Below are positions 13,062-26,205 of a DNA stretch of 64,000 bases, piece by piece. The notes beneath the pieces are model-generated. The model saw nothing but the letters and a program-made list of their open reading frames with translations. It was not told the DNA's origin and ran no database searches. The stretch covers positions 70,060,001 through 70,124,000 of the forward strand of contig OX597822.1 in the NCBI GenBank assembly GCA_951406725.2, read 5' to 3'. Origin of the DNA: Octopus vulgaris. Taxonomy: Eukaryota. Each line of letters begins with the position of its first letter. The stretch's first letter is position 1. The translations under genes and the position numbers were made by a program.

Positions 13062-13430
13062 AGTGTGGAGGCGCAATGGTCCAGTGGTTAGGGCAGTGGA
13101 CTCACAGTTGTGGGATTACGGTTTCTATTCCCAAACCAGGCATTGTAAGTGTTTATTGAACAAAAACACCTAAAGCTCCCTGAGGCTCCAGCAGGGTGGA
13201 GGTGTGGCAAACCCTGCTGTACTCTTTCACCACAACTTTCTCTCACTCTTTCTTTCTGTTTCTGTTGTACCTGTGTTTCAAAGGGCCAACCTTGTCACAC
13301 TCTGTGTTATTCTGAATCTCCCCGAGAACTACATTAAGTGTACACATGTCTGTGGAGTGCTCAGCCACTTGCACGTTAATTTCATGAGCAGGCTGTTCCG
13401 TTGATCGGATGAACTGGAACCATCGATTAG
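13062..13430 (+). mobile_element. tRNA-derived SINE (family C); related copies ~19700-19950, 48235-48540, 62510-63100
   Basis: GTGGAGGCGCAATGGTCCAGTGGTTAGGGCAG (A box), GGTTTCTATTCC (B box), body GAGAACTACATTAAG...GTGGAGTGCTCAGCCACTTGCACGTTAATTTC. Confidence 0.8.
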
Positions 13431-13971
13431 GGTGAGTGAGAGTCACTGGGAATAATGATGGTGTGCCAGAACAAACCCACAAGGAGCAAGAAGATAAGGA
13501 TAAGTGAAGATACAAATGGTGAATCAGAAGTGAGGTGGGTGGAGTTGTAAGAGCATGAAGACAGAGTAACAAATGGTTAGAGACAGGAATAGAGGTGAAT
13601 GTAGCAAAGGATGAATAGAGATGGAGGTGAAAATTGATGGGAAATAGATGTATTCTATTATTTCAAGTATTTTTGAAGTATCTATTGACCAGTATTACAT
13701 TGTCACATTCAGTTTTTAGATCATATAGATTGAAATTTGGCTCTACATTAGAATACTATCTCTTGTCTCTTTGCACAGTAGTTTCCTGTCAAATCTCAAG
13801 TTCTGAATTGCAAATTAAATTGCATATAAAATGGACATCCGTTTGATAGACAGACCTTAATCTTCGCTGCGCTGATGATGTTACATGCTAATCATATGCG
13901 AGTCAGTTCTTGAAATTGTTTTCTATTGGCCAGGAAAAATAAAATGTGCAAACTATGATCATATATACTGG

Positions 13972-14445
13972 AATGGCTGTGTGGTAAGAAGCTTTCTTCT
14001 CAACCACATGGTTCTGGGTTCAGTCCTACTGTGTGGCACCTTGCGCAAGTGTCTTCTATAGCCTCAGGCCGACCTAGGTCTTGTGAGTGGATTTGGTAGA
14101 TGGAAACTGAAAGAAGCCTGTTGCATGCATATCGTAGAAACACTGCCAGATCAGACTGGGCCTGATGCAGCCTTCTGGCTTCACAGACCCCAGTTGAACC
14201 GTCCAACCCATGCTAGCATGGAAAGCGGATGCTAAACAATGATGATGATGATGATGATTTGTGTGTCTGTGTTTGTCCCCCCACCATCGTTTGACAACCA
14301 ATGTTGGTGTGTTTACATCCCTGTAACTTAGCGGTTCAGCAAAAGGGACCAGTAGAATAAGTACTAGGCTTACAAAGAATAAGTCCTGGGGTCGATTTGC
14401 TCGACTAAAGGCGGTGCTCCAGCATGGCCACAGTCAAATGACTGA
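13972..14445 (+). mobile_element. Family-A SINE interrupted by an RTE 3'-end fragment (~14131-14257)
   Basis: The SINE head and tail flank CGTAGAAACACTGCCAGA...CCCATGCTAGCATGGAAAGCGG...(TGA)n, nearly identical to 58690-58816. Confidence 0.85.
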
Positions 14446-17364
14446 TGAAATGTGGAGAATTCTGAAAAGTACCCCACTATCAAAAAAGAGTTTACTCAGT
14501 TCCTGTGTCTCAACTGCATAAGCTCAGAAACTAAGTATATTTGATCCCTGTGCAGTAAGGATTAATTACCAATACACTACGACCCTTGTCCATTTCTGAA
14601 CTGTCTGCTCTCCCTCTCTCTCACTTCCATTGTGAATGCAATGTTCTCTTCTCTACTGGCTGTGTGGTAAGAAGTCTGCTTCTCAACAATAAGGTTTTGA
14701 GTTCAGTCCCATTGCATGGCCACTTGGTAAAGTACCTTCAACTATAGTCCTGGGTCAACCAATTCATTGTGAGTGGATTTGGCAGACAGAAACTGAAAGA
14801 AGCCTATTGAGAATGTGTGTGTGTGTTTTACTTTCTCCTTGCCTTAACATCACATGATAGCTGAGAGTGAGTATCACCATCATTCAAGCACTGTCCATTT
14901 TCAGTCTGGTCATGGGAAATACTGGTTTCCAATTTTGGTACAAGGCCAGCAATTTTATGGAAGGGAGTAAGTTGATTGTATCAACCCCAGTGCTTATTTT
15001 GTCAACCCTTAAAGGATGAAAGGCAAAGTTGACCTTGGCAGAATTTGAACTCAGAATGTAAAGACAGACAAAATGCTGCTAAGAATTTTGCCCTTGGAAA
15101 CAGTTGAGGATTAGCAATAAGAAGGCCATCTATCTGTAGAAAATTTGCCTCAACAGATCCATGTAAGCGTGGAAAAGTGGACATTAAAACAACGATTCTA
15201 GAATCTAATTCTAGCATGCGTCTTTTCTAAAAAAAGATGGTGTAGCCTACCTTTTATAATTAATCACTTGGCCTTTTCTTATGTAATTCCTTGATTGACA
15301 TTATATTAAGTTCATACTAAGTTCAAAACTAGTTGCTTGCAGATCCAATTGAAGGCTATTTTTAGCTAGACTGACTGAGCTAATAATGTGTCTTGCCAGC
15401 ATACCAATTGTAGTAATGTTTGAATTCATTGACCATAAAGCCATTAGAGGTTACTATCATGGGTCCACAGTCACCAATGGAGTGAAATTACTTCTATTCC
15501 AGATTTATAACAGCTTCTTAGGTTGTTGCTTGATATTCTGCCAAGATGTTTTCTTATATTTTTAGACAAGTCGCATTGTACAATTTATCTTAATGGAAAA
15601 TATGTACCAGCTTGTTGGGGAAGTAAATTTGTGGTAAAGTAGCATTCTATTCAAACTTGGAAATCTTTCGTCATTACATCATCAAATCCATTGATTGGTA
15701 CCATACAGCTGTTAGCTCTAGCAAATTACATGTGGTATATGTACAATTCAGCAGATGCAGGTATGGCTGTGTGGTAAGAAGTTTGCTTCCCAACCACATG
15801 GTTCCAGGTTCAGTCCCACTGTGTGGCATCTTGAGCAGATGTTTTCTTCTCTCGCCCCTGGGCAACCAAAAGCCTTGTGAGTGGATTTGGTAGATGGAAA
15901 CTGAAGAAGCTTGTCGTGTGTTTGTGTGTCTCCTTGCTTTGACATTGCGTGATAGTTGTAAATAATTGTCATTATCAGTCAAGCAGTGTCATTCCTTTAT
16001 AATATTCTGTGAGAATGTGTTTGGGCAAAGGGAATTTGGGAACAAGTGAGGGTTGGTGACAGGAAGGGCATTTAGCTGTATAAAACCAACCTCAGTAAAC
16101 TTCATCCCACTCATGCAACATGGAAAAGTGGATGCAAAAATGATGATGATTAGTAGTAGTTATACGGTCAAGTTACTTGACTACTAATTAACGAGTAATA
16201 AGTTCAGACTGTGTGTTCTAGTCATACAGTGGTGTTCTTGGACAAAGTATACTATATCTGTTGGCCTCTATCTTGTTATAATAACTTGAATACAAATATC
16301 CAAATTTGTAAAACATTATTATAAATAAGACTTTCTTGTATGTGTGTAATAAAGCCATTGAAGAAATGACAGTAATTTATAAAATGATAAAGGATAATGT
16401 CTGAACTGCTGGAAGCATGTGCTTGGATTACATTCTGTATTTGATGGCATATAAAAAGCACTTTTTTTACTAAATAAATGTGTATAAAAACAATCACTCT
16501 GGATCCTATATGTGAAGTTGAGCCTCCCATAACCTTAAATGGACCAAAAACTCTTCTTCTGGAATAGGCGCTATTGAAATTGGAGTGCATCTACTATGCC
16601 TGTGTGACTTTTATGCCATGAAATACAGTAGCTAATAGGATTTCATAGAAAAGTGTTGCCCTTTCTGTATCGCATAACATCAACAGTGTCAGCTATTTCA
16701 GTAAGCTAGATGATGCATTAAAGAGAAGAATTTACATCATCATAATATTATCGTCTGTTTTCCATAGTGGCATGGGTTGGATGGTTTGACAACGGTTTGA
16801 CCAGAGTTTGGCAAGCAGGAGAGCTGCACCAGATTTCTGTCTGATTTGGCTTGGATCCCCTTCCTAACTTCAACCACTTTACAAAGTGTGCTGGTTACTT
16901 TTTACGTGGCACCAGCACAGGTGTTTTTAGGCGCCATATGTCTGAAACCAGTGGATTAAGTTATGCAAGTGGCAGAGGATAATATCCAAGGGGAAAAAAA
17001 TAAATAAAAATATTTTCTTGTTTATTCTGGAAGAAGGAGTTGTGCTTATGGCCTTCACAGGCTCTAACCAGTGAAAATGACACAACATTCCTTTTGAACA
17101 TATGCAGTTAAGCAGCTGCAGGAAAAGCCATGGGGTGTAAGAACTAGATGTAGTGGCTAATGAAAAGGTAGGGAGTAGAGTGTTGGACACTTGAAGAAAA
17201 AAGGAGAGATGGGTAAGTTAGGTGAGGTTAAATAGAGGTGGTATGAGATTAGCCAGCTTGAAGGGTAGAGGTCACTGTAGTCATAAGGAAGAGAGAATAT
17301 GTCTATGGGACAGAGGTTGGGGTTGTTTTCACGATTGGTTCCATGCCAATCAGTTATTACTTTT

Positions 17365-17500
17365 CTTTGGATAAAATGCTGTTCAGAAAGTATAACCAAA
17401 GATACTATATTTTCAATGAGAAAACTGCAAGAACAAAGCACCTTATAGTATTTGTTGAACCTGTAAAGGTCTTTGATAAGGTTTTATGTTATTTAGCTCT
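17365..17500 (+). pseudogene. Decayed RTE-type RT fragment
   Basis: LDKMLF...DTIFSMRKLQEQ...IVFVEPVKVFDKV (frameshifted) aligns by eye with LDEMQF...DAIFLVRQLQEK...AFVDMEKAFDRV of the intact LINE. Confidence 0.55.
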
Positions 17501-18990
17501 GCATCATATAATTTATTTTAGTGTATCTAGGACTACATTATGCAACGCGTCCTTCTCTTTTTTTTTTTAAGTCAGTAGTGTGGATTCTATCTCTAGTAAT
17601 TTGACTAACTACATAGAGCTCACATTTGTTTGGGTTGTATTATGTTTTGTAGTTTGATGATTGCTGAGAAATCTTTGTTGTTGAATGGCTGGTGAAAGCA
17701 GTCTTGGCTGTGTATGAGGGTGCTAATCCTGGAAGAGTGTTGTATAGTCCTAAAATTGTTCATGGTCAACATGGCATTTTCATTGTCATTTAACATTTGT
17801 TTTCCAATGCTGGCATGGCTTGGGTGGTTTGATAGGGTCTGTCTAGCCTGAGGGCTGCATTGGTTTCTATTGTCTGCTTTGGCAAAGTTTCTATGCCTCA
17901 ATGTTTTACCTAACACCAACTCCTTAACAGATTGTACAGGGTGTACCTTAAAAGGGTCATGAGTATTGCTTTTCTTCTTAACTGAGCAGTAAAAAAAAAT
18001 GCGCTAGTTTTATAAGAGTTATAAGCAACAATAACTGCTCTAAAATCAAGACCATTGACTGCTCAGGTGATTATCTAGAAGTTGTAGATTGGTTCTGACA
18101 TTTAAGTGGTACAATAAATTCTGGAACTAAGTCTAACAAAGGTATAGTACCACCTAGGGTAAGAAAGAAGTGGAAGGAAGCTATTAGAAAATGGCTCTGT
18201 CTACAGAGGTTAAATTGTATGAAATATGTATACAAAGTATGATGTTGCATTGTATCATCGTGTGATTGAGCTTGCTTGGATATTTTTAAGCTGCACATGA
18301 CATTCATCTTAGTCCTGATTTAGTTGAAGTAGGTCCTTGGGGAGGCATCAAGTTTTTCTGGTGAGTAGATCTACATACGTTGTGTTCAGATGATCTGCTT
18401 GAGTACGGCCATACTTTGGCATATGTAGCAGTAGTATTTAAACATGGAAAATATGTGTGAAAGGTCTGGTTCGAATAAGCTGGGTGTTGTATATTGGTTG
18501 TTTAATGTTAATTGACCTCTAAGATTAAGTGTAAATGAGACAAAGTGGGTAGACTTCAAATGTACTGGTTGATATGTGCTGGTGAGTGAACTGTGTTGTT
18601 ATGGATACTCTGAATATGGAATGAGATGATGGTTGGGTGCTGACTGGGCATTCAACCTATTTTGGCACTGGAGACACACATACACACATTGCTGTACAGA
18701 AATATACACATACAGATAGAGTGATGTAGGAAAAGAAGGTGAGAGAGACATTACACATACATAGAAAAATAACTAAATGCTAGAGAGAAAGAGTGACATC
18801 ACAATAACTGATGTCAAATAAGTCAGTATCATAATCAGTGGTGCCAAATAGGTAGCGCCAAAATGGTTCTGACAAAACGTTTCATTCCCATTCAAACAGA
18901 TGTTTGTGGTGGGTGGAAAATGTCATGAGTTGATAGTAGTGTATATACTTATATATATATATATATACACACATACACACACACACATAT

Positions 18991-19030
<40 letters not shown>

Positions 19031-19269
19031 AAGAGAAAGTAAAGGCAGACCAAATAATTCTTTGGGGTGAAAATGTTACAGTGAGATCTAAGAACTCTGT
19101 TTTGTTTAAATGAGATAATGCAAGATCAAAACAGGAATGTGTGATGCTGCAAACTACTCTCGTGGACTTCATCTTGATGAAACAATTGAGAATGGTAAGA
19201 TGCTGTATGTGTATGTAATGATTATTTTGGAATTCTCTACATTGTTTAATGGTTTTGGTGTTGTTTTAA

Positions 19270-19560
19270 AGGAGGCTCCATCTATCTCTTGTCTCTTTGA
19301 GCAGTAGTTTCCTATCAAATCTCACTATCAAGGCATGTACCAAAGGGCTTTCTCTCTACTCACGTTCTGTCAACTTTGGTGTTGCCTGGGTTTGGTTTTG
19401 TCACTCACACTGTCTCGTATCCTCAATGACTTATTTGTTGTTGTGTCTAGCAATACCCACTCCTATGTAAATGATACAATCCTTCATTCCTCTTTAAAAT
19501 TCCACACCTCAACATCATCTTCAGTGCTAAATCTACATTGTGTTTGGGAACAGACACTTC
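19270..19560 (+). pseudogene. Decayed CR1/L2-group LINE RT fragment
   Basis: GLVLSLTLSRILNDLFVVVSSNTHSYVNDTILHSS resembles GSVLSPTLFxIFINDL...HSYADDTTLHSS (degenerate YADD). Confidence 0.6.
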
Positions 19561-20417
19561 AAGAACATCCTCCCATGGGATCATACTAATCTCATCTCCT
19601 TCAGCAGTTAAAGGACACTATCACTTCACATGTGAAGAAGATGTATCCTGCCCTCTAAATATGAGCAACACAAAACTAAAAGCTAGTCCTCACCACAGTG
19701 AAGATCTGTGGTTTAGTGGTTAGAGTATTCAGCTCATGATTGTAAGGCTGTGAGTTCAATACCTGGTGGTGTGTTGTATTCTTGAGCAAGATACTTTATT
19801 TCACATTGCTCTAGTCCACTCAGCTGGCATAAATGTGTAGTACCTGAATTTCAAAGGGCCAGCTGTGTTACACTGAATCTCCTTGAGAACTACATTAAAA
19901 GTATGCATGTCTGTGGAGTGCTCAGCCACTTGGATGTTAATTTCATGAACAGGCGCAGGAGTGGCTGTGTGGTAAGTAGCTTGCTTACCAATCATATAGT
20001 TCCGGGTTCAGTCTCACTGCGTGACACCTTGGACAAGTGTCTTCTACTATAGCCTTATGAGTGGATTTGGTGAGCCTGAGGCTAAAGTAGAATACACTTG
20101 GCCTAGGTGCTATGCAGTGGGACTGAACCCGGAACCATGTGGTTGGGAAGCAAACTTCTTGTCACAGTTATTTTTTAAATCATCTAGAATTGAATAAACC
20201 TGCAGGTGACTCAGGGTTTGGACTGTTCTACAGTCATAGAAAGGGGATTCTTTATCATTCTGAAAAGAGAGAGTTGTTACCATAATCCTTTTTTGTTACT
20301 TTATTTCTGTTGAAATACACTCTGTTTCATCATCATAATTTAACATTCACTTTTCTATGTTTGCATGGGTCGGATGGAATTTGATGAGGTACAATTTCCA
20401 TGGTCAGATGCCCTTCC

Positions 20418-20652
20418 TATTTCTTTATTGCCCACAAGGGGCTAAACATAGAGGGGACAAACAAGGACAGACAAAGCGATTAAGTCGATTACATCGACCC
20501 CCAGTGCGTAGTTGGTACTTATTTAATCAACCTCGAAAAGGTGAAAGGCAAAGTCAACCTCGTCGGAATTTGAACTCAGAACGTAAATACAGATGAAATA
20601 CGGTCAAGCATTTTGTCTGGTGTGTTAACATTTCTGCCAGCTCGCAGCCTTG
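20418..20652 (-). mobile_element. Family-B SINE nested in an RTE-tailed SINE
   Basis: B head/body with tail ...GCCCCTTGTGGGCAATAAAGAAATAG; it interrupts the GAAGGGCATC...ACCCATGCAAAC tail of the host. Confidence 0.8.
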
Positions 20653-21004
20653 TATCGGTATGCATTGGAAGAAATAACTAGGTTTCTTCCCCTAACGTTT
20701 TACAAAGTTCAACTTACACAAGTTAATGTGTGAAAAGTAAAATAGGAATTTTCCTGCCAGCTCGCCACATTTCTATCACCAGCGATCACTTGTTTCCCAA
20801 GCAAGGTAATATTCCTCCATGGCCAGACAGTTTTCATGGAAGAATGGAAATAAACAGCATTCATTTGTATTATTGTGACGCTTATTTACAATCTTCACTT
20901 AACTAAGGTTACACACACACACAAATGTTCCAGGCTCCTCTCTGCTTTTGTGATATTTAATTTGGTAAATAATGAAGCTATTCAAATATACTTGTCATTA
21001 TTAA

Positions 21005-21449
21005 CATGTTAACCACCATGTGTTCCACATGTGATTCATCACAAACCTCACACAACTGCCACATGCACCACTGGGAGTACATTTTCATAATTTCAGAAAA
21101 TATTTTATTCTGTATCTTAGACATGGTTTTGAGGATATTTAAATAACACGAGCGATAAATATTAAAGTTTATTTGTGCAATATTTTTTTTAAAATGTGAG
21201 ACAAATTATATTTCCTTGTAATTAAACAGTATGCCGAATGAGTGGAAATATGTAGCATCTTTGGTAAGTCCCAGTAATAGGTCAAGGATATTTTAATAAC
21301 ATGAGCGATAAGTATTAAAGTTTATTTGTGCAATATTGTAAAAAATGTGAGACAAATTATATTTCCTTGTAATTAAACAGTATGCCAAATGACTAGAAAT
21401 ACGTAGCTTCACTGGTAAGTCCCAGTTGGAGGCCGTGGTGGTTAAAGTG
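21005..21449. mobile_element. TTAA-flanked piggyBac-like MITE with an internal ~140-bp direct duplication
   Basis: TTAA|CATGTTAACCACCATG ... CGTGGTGGTTAAAGTG|TTAA. 21134-21275 is repeated at ~21286-21425. Confidence 0.8.
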
Positions 21450-21492
21450 TTAAACTGGTGTTAGGAATATAAATGAGCATGAAATTTTGATG

Positions 21493-22030
21493 TCATCATC
21501 GTTTAACGTCCGCTTTCCATGCTAGCATGGGTTGGACGGTTTGACCGGGGTCTGGGAAGCCAGGAGGCTGCACCAGGCCCAGTCTGATCTGGCAGTGTTT
21601 CTACAGCTGGATGCCCTTCCTAATGCCAACCACTCAGTGAGTGTAATGGGTACTTTTTATGTGCCAGGCAAGGCTGGCTAATGGCCATGATCGGTTGGTG
21701 CTTTTTACGTGCCACCGGCACGGAGGCCAGTCGAGGTGGTGCTGGCAACGGCCACGTTCGGGTGGTTCTTTTACGTGCCACCGGCACTGGTATCACAACT
21801 ACAATTTCCATTGATTTTTGATTGATTTCGATTTCACTTGCCTCAACAGGTCTTCGCAAGCAGAGTTTTGTGTCCCAAGAAGGAAAGGTATGCATAAGTG
21901 AACTAGCTACATCCCAGGTAAAGGCCACGGGTTATGGTCTCACTTGTCCTGCCGGGTCTTCTCATGCACAGCATATTTCCAAAGGTCTTGGTCACTAGTC
22001 ATTGCCTCGGTGAGACCTAATGTTATGAAG
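21493..22030 (-). mobile_element. 5'-truncated copy of the RTE LINE family (ORF end plus 3' UTR)
   Basis: The reverse complement matches 58115-58816, including ...GAGAAGACCCGGCAGGACAAGTGA and the (ATG)n tail. Confidence 0.92.
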
Positions 22031-22954
22031 TTTTAATTTAACTTTAACACAAGGAATTCACACCATAGATCTCGAATCAGTCTCAGCATGGTCGGTTTCT
22101 ACAGAGTTAGTGTTTTCTTCTGATTGCATTTAATAGAGTTCCTGTCAAACAAAATAACTTCAGTCTTTCTATTCTTAACATTATTCTTTTAGTATTTCAT
22201 CATTTACTCTTCTACATTTTTCAGAAAGATTCTTCTTGCTTCTGTTATTGTTTGTTATAAGCTGTGAGCTTAACAATCTCTAAGTTTTCTCTGAATATTG
22301 TTTATGGAATCTCCAGCAATGAGCTTGCTTTTTTCATAAGCTGACATTGTTATGAAAAGTGAAACACTTGTCTGGCATGAGTTTTGTTATGCCATTTAAT
22401 TGGCATTTTAAATCTCTTTCCTGTAGTTCATAATTCACTCCCTCACTCTCTATTTATTACTGTGTATATTCCAGCAGTTGTTAATAACTGGTTTCCAACA
22501 CTGATGCACCCAATTCCCATAGTTTTTTTTCTTTTAGTATTTTTCACTACACTATAATTATTGTATATGAAGAAATTATCTTGTAACCACCTACCAGTAT
22601 ATTAATATGTATAGCACTACCTGGGATTTAAATCTTAAATGATTGCAAGCTCATCCTATTTTAAACCCATGTCAACAGGTAAAACTAAGCTTTCGTCATC
22701 TTCAATCATCTAACGTCCACTTTTCCATGCTTGCATAGGTCAGATGGAATTTGTTAAGGCAGATTTTCTACAGCCAGTTGCCCTTCCAGTCATCAACCCT
22801 TACCTGTTTCCAAGCAAGTTGATATTTCCCACTGGCCAGACCTGATTTTCATGGCGGAGTAGAAACAAACAACAGCACTTACATGATAATGATGATGTTT
22901 GCTTACAACCATCATGTGATGTCAAGACAAGGATTCATATACACACACACACAC

Positions 22955-23430
22955 CTAGTGGAGTGCTAAGAGCATACACACACACCTAGTGGAGCACTAA
23001 GAGCACCATCCGAACGTGATCGTTGCCAGAGCGGCTAACTGGCTTCTGTGCCGGTGGCATGTAAAAAGCACCATTCGAGCGTATTTGTTACCAGCATTGC
23101 CTTACTGGCACTTGTGCTGGTGGCACGTGAAAAAACATTCAAGTAAAGTCATTGCCAGTGCCGCTGGACTGGCTCCCATGCAGGTGGCATGAAAAAAACA
23201 CCATTTGAGCGTGGCCGTTGCCAGTACCGCCTGACTGGCCTTCTTGCCGGTGGCACGTAAAAGCACCCACTACACTCTCAGAGTGGTTGGCGTTAGGAAG
23301 GGCGGCATCCAGCTGTAGAAACTCTGCCAGATCAAGATTGGAGCCTGGTGCAGCCATCAGGTTTGCCAGTCTTCAGTCAAATCGTCCAACCCATGCTAGC
23401 ATGGAAAGCGGACGTTAAATGATGATGATA
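22955..23430 (+). mobile_element. RTE 3' UTR fragment (array of GTGCCGGTGGCAC motifs plus tail)
   Basis: Repeated TGCCGGTGGCAYGTAAAA units, then GGTTGGCGTTAGGAAGGGC...CCCATGCTAGCATGGAAAGCGGACGTTAAATGATGATGA. Confidence 0.88.
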
Positions 23431-25101
23431 ACACACACATGGGCTTCTTTCAGTTTCTGTCTATCAAATCCACTCACAAAGCTTTGGTCAGTTTGGGGCT
23501 ACAGTAGAAGCTTATAGCCCAAAGTGCCACATAGTGGAACTGAACCCAAGTTCACATGGTTGGGAAGCAAGTTTCTTAACCACACATCCATACCTGCACC
23601 TAGTAATGACAATCTAGAGAAACAGTTACAATGGTAACATTTCCTTTAGAGAAGGTTATTATTTAAATCTTGAAGTATATTTATTTCATTTTTGTATGTA
23701 GTTTGCAAGATTCTTTATGTGAATTTGTGTGTTAAAGCATATTTTATTGTGTCTGGGAAGAGTAATTCTCTTTTAGTGCCTTATTAATTTAACACACTCA
23801 CCAGTCTGATTTCCACTCATTTACTTGTTATTTTTTACTAAAATTTTCATTACGAATCAACGATTGTTGAAAAGGTTGCAAGTTGCAATGAATGACTCTC
23901 GCTAGACACAATGAAGTATATCTACTTTTTGGGTTAACATATTCTCCTGTTTTGTTGCATCAGATATTCTCTCTTGTTGTCATGGGTATTGAAAATGTTA
24001 AAAGCAGGAAGGAAATCTGAAATTAGTAAAAAAAAACAAAACATTATTTCTGGATATTATTTATTTATTACTGTTTAAATGGTGTCACAAGGACACATGT
24101 TGTTGAGTTTACTTTTTCCATATGTAGGAAATATATTTGCAGCCAGTTGGGAAACATTGACTTTAATTTCTTCCAGCATTACCAAAATAGTTCCTTTGTT
24201 AGTTTTATGATAACCTTGAGAAATTAATCACTGAAATTCACTGCTTATTTTTAAGTTCCTAGGTGTTTCACTTCACTCCTTATATAATTTTATTTACTTG
24301 CAAAATAAAAATAAAGTTTTGTTGGCTGAGTAGATAATATATATTGCTAGCAACTTACAGGCTGAGTGTTCAAATTTACAGCAGGTATTTTGTTTTGTTT
24401 CTCGACTGGACACTATTCTATGTGCTTCAGTTCATCTTAATGTCAGGAATAAGTACAAGTGTGGTTATAGGCGCAGGTATAGCCCTGTGGTTAAGAAGTC
24501 TTCCTCCCAACTACATGGGTTTGGTTTCAGTTCCAGTGCATGACATCTTGGGCAAGGGTCTTCAGCTATAGTTCTAGGCTGACCAAAACCTTGTGAGTGG
24601 CTTTCATTGACGGAAACTGAAAGACATCTTTGTGTGTGTGTGCTTGTATGTGAGAGTATGTTTGTGTCATTTTGTCTTTACGTATGTAGTTGTTGTAAAT
24701 AAATGATTCATTTCTGATATTCTGCAAAAACATGTTTGGGAACAGATAAGTGTTGGCAACAGGAAAGGAGTCCAGTTGTAGAAAATCTGCCTTAATAAAC
24801 TCAGGGATGTTAAACTGATGGTGATGGTGAAGCTGTGAATGTTATCTGTGGTAAACCCACATTCTATTTAGAGGGATATTTATATCTCATCTGCTTCATG
24901 CTCTGAAACTGGAGCTTACCACTATCTCTCAAAGTGATTTGGTACTTAGGGGACACTTGGTTTTTTACTAATGATTGTATTTAAACATCATCTGGACCAA
25001 GAACTGCTTCAATTTTAAATGCTAAGAAAACATCTATGTTTTATTACAGTTATGAACCAATTAATAATCAAAGGTTATCAGATATTGGCTCATAAGTTTG
25101 T

Positions 25102-25340
25102 TATTTCTTTATTGCCCACAAGGAGCTAAACATAGAAGGGACAAACAAGGACAGACAAAGGGATTAAGTTGATTATATTGACCCCAGTGCGTAACTGGTA
25201 CTTATTTAAATTTAATTGACCCCGAAAGGATGAAAGGCAAATTTGATCTCAGCGGAATTTGAACTCAGAACGAAGTGGCAGATGAAATACCGCTAAGCAT
25301 TTCACCCGGTGTGCTAATGTTTCTGCCAGCTCGCCGCCTT
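25102..25340 (-). mobile_element. Full-length family-B SINE with perfect 15-bp TSD
   Basis: GGCTCATAAGTTTGT at 25087-25101 and 25341-25355. Confidence 0.92.
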
Positions 25341-25862
25341 GGCTCATAAGTTTGTATTCTGCTGCAGTGTGTTCCTAATTGTAGGACAGTCATAATGTCT
25401 TCTGAGAAAATTAACCTATGATACACACGTATATCTCAGTAGAGATTTCTCTCTCCTACTTAAGGATTCAGAGATAAAATAACAATTTTGAGTTCCAGTT
25501 TTACTTCTGAAACTGTTTTATATTGCAATTATCTAATGGGATTTGTATTGGTTGATAATAATAGAAATAGGTGATCCACAGTATTGATAGTATATGTTTA
25601 TATTATTTTATATAAATGCCTTACAATTGTACAAATGTTTTAATGTCAATGCATTTCCTCAAATGTGTTTATGTTAAAGGATTATGCACTTGCAGCTTAT
25701 TGAATTCTGTCAAATTCATGTATCTATATTCTACAGGGGTAATGGCTTGCGGAGATGAGCAGAGAGTCACTTTAGTTAACAATATACTTTAGATTCAATT
25801 TTACTTTTGTTAAGAAATGAGGTGGCTTTATGGTTTCTCTCCCTACAATTGTTTGTGTACAG

Positions 25863-26205
25863 TAGTGGTTCTCAACTGGGGTCCATATGGCCCCTAAGGG
25901 TCCATGTAAGATTTTTGGGGGTCCACACAACAAAATAGTAAATTGGGGGCCCACAATAATATTTTAAGGGGCTCCTGAAAAAATTTTGCTTTAGAATGTA
26001 TTGGCTAGTATTGCTAAAAACAGCCATGTTTCTTTAATGTATTATATATTTCAACCTACACAAGCTAATGTGTTGAAAACAAAATAGGAATTTTGAAAGA
26101 AGTATCTATAAAACTAGTTTTTAAACATTGAATGGCTGTTAGGGTCCACCATAATAAAATGGTAATCAAAGGAGTCCATAAATACAAAATCATTGTGAAC
26201 CCCTG
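25863..26205. mobile_element. hAT (Charlie-like) MITE with 8-bp TSD
   Basis: Termini TAGTGGTTCTCAAC ... TTGTGAACCCCTG; TSD GTGTACAG/TTGTACAG. Related ends at ~33215-33230, ~33570-33585 and ~45693. Confidence 0.8.

Noticed and set aside
16300-16720. Possible L1/Tx1 endonuclease remnant (GYWKLN-like trace)
   Set aside because: Similarity too weak and frameshifted to support by eye.
18000-18600. Possible CR1-group remnant on the minus strand
   Set aside because: Only vague motif echoes; needs a profile search.
22955-23270. CRISPR-like repeat-spacer array
   Set aside because: Eukaryotic context, degenerate units with related spacers, no cas genes; it is RTE 3' UTR.
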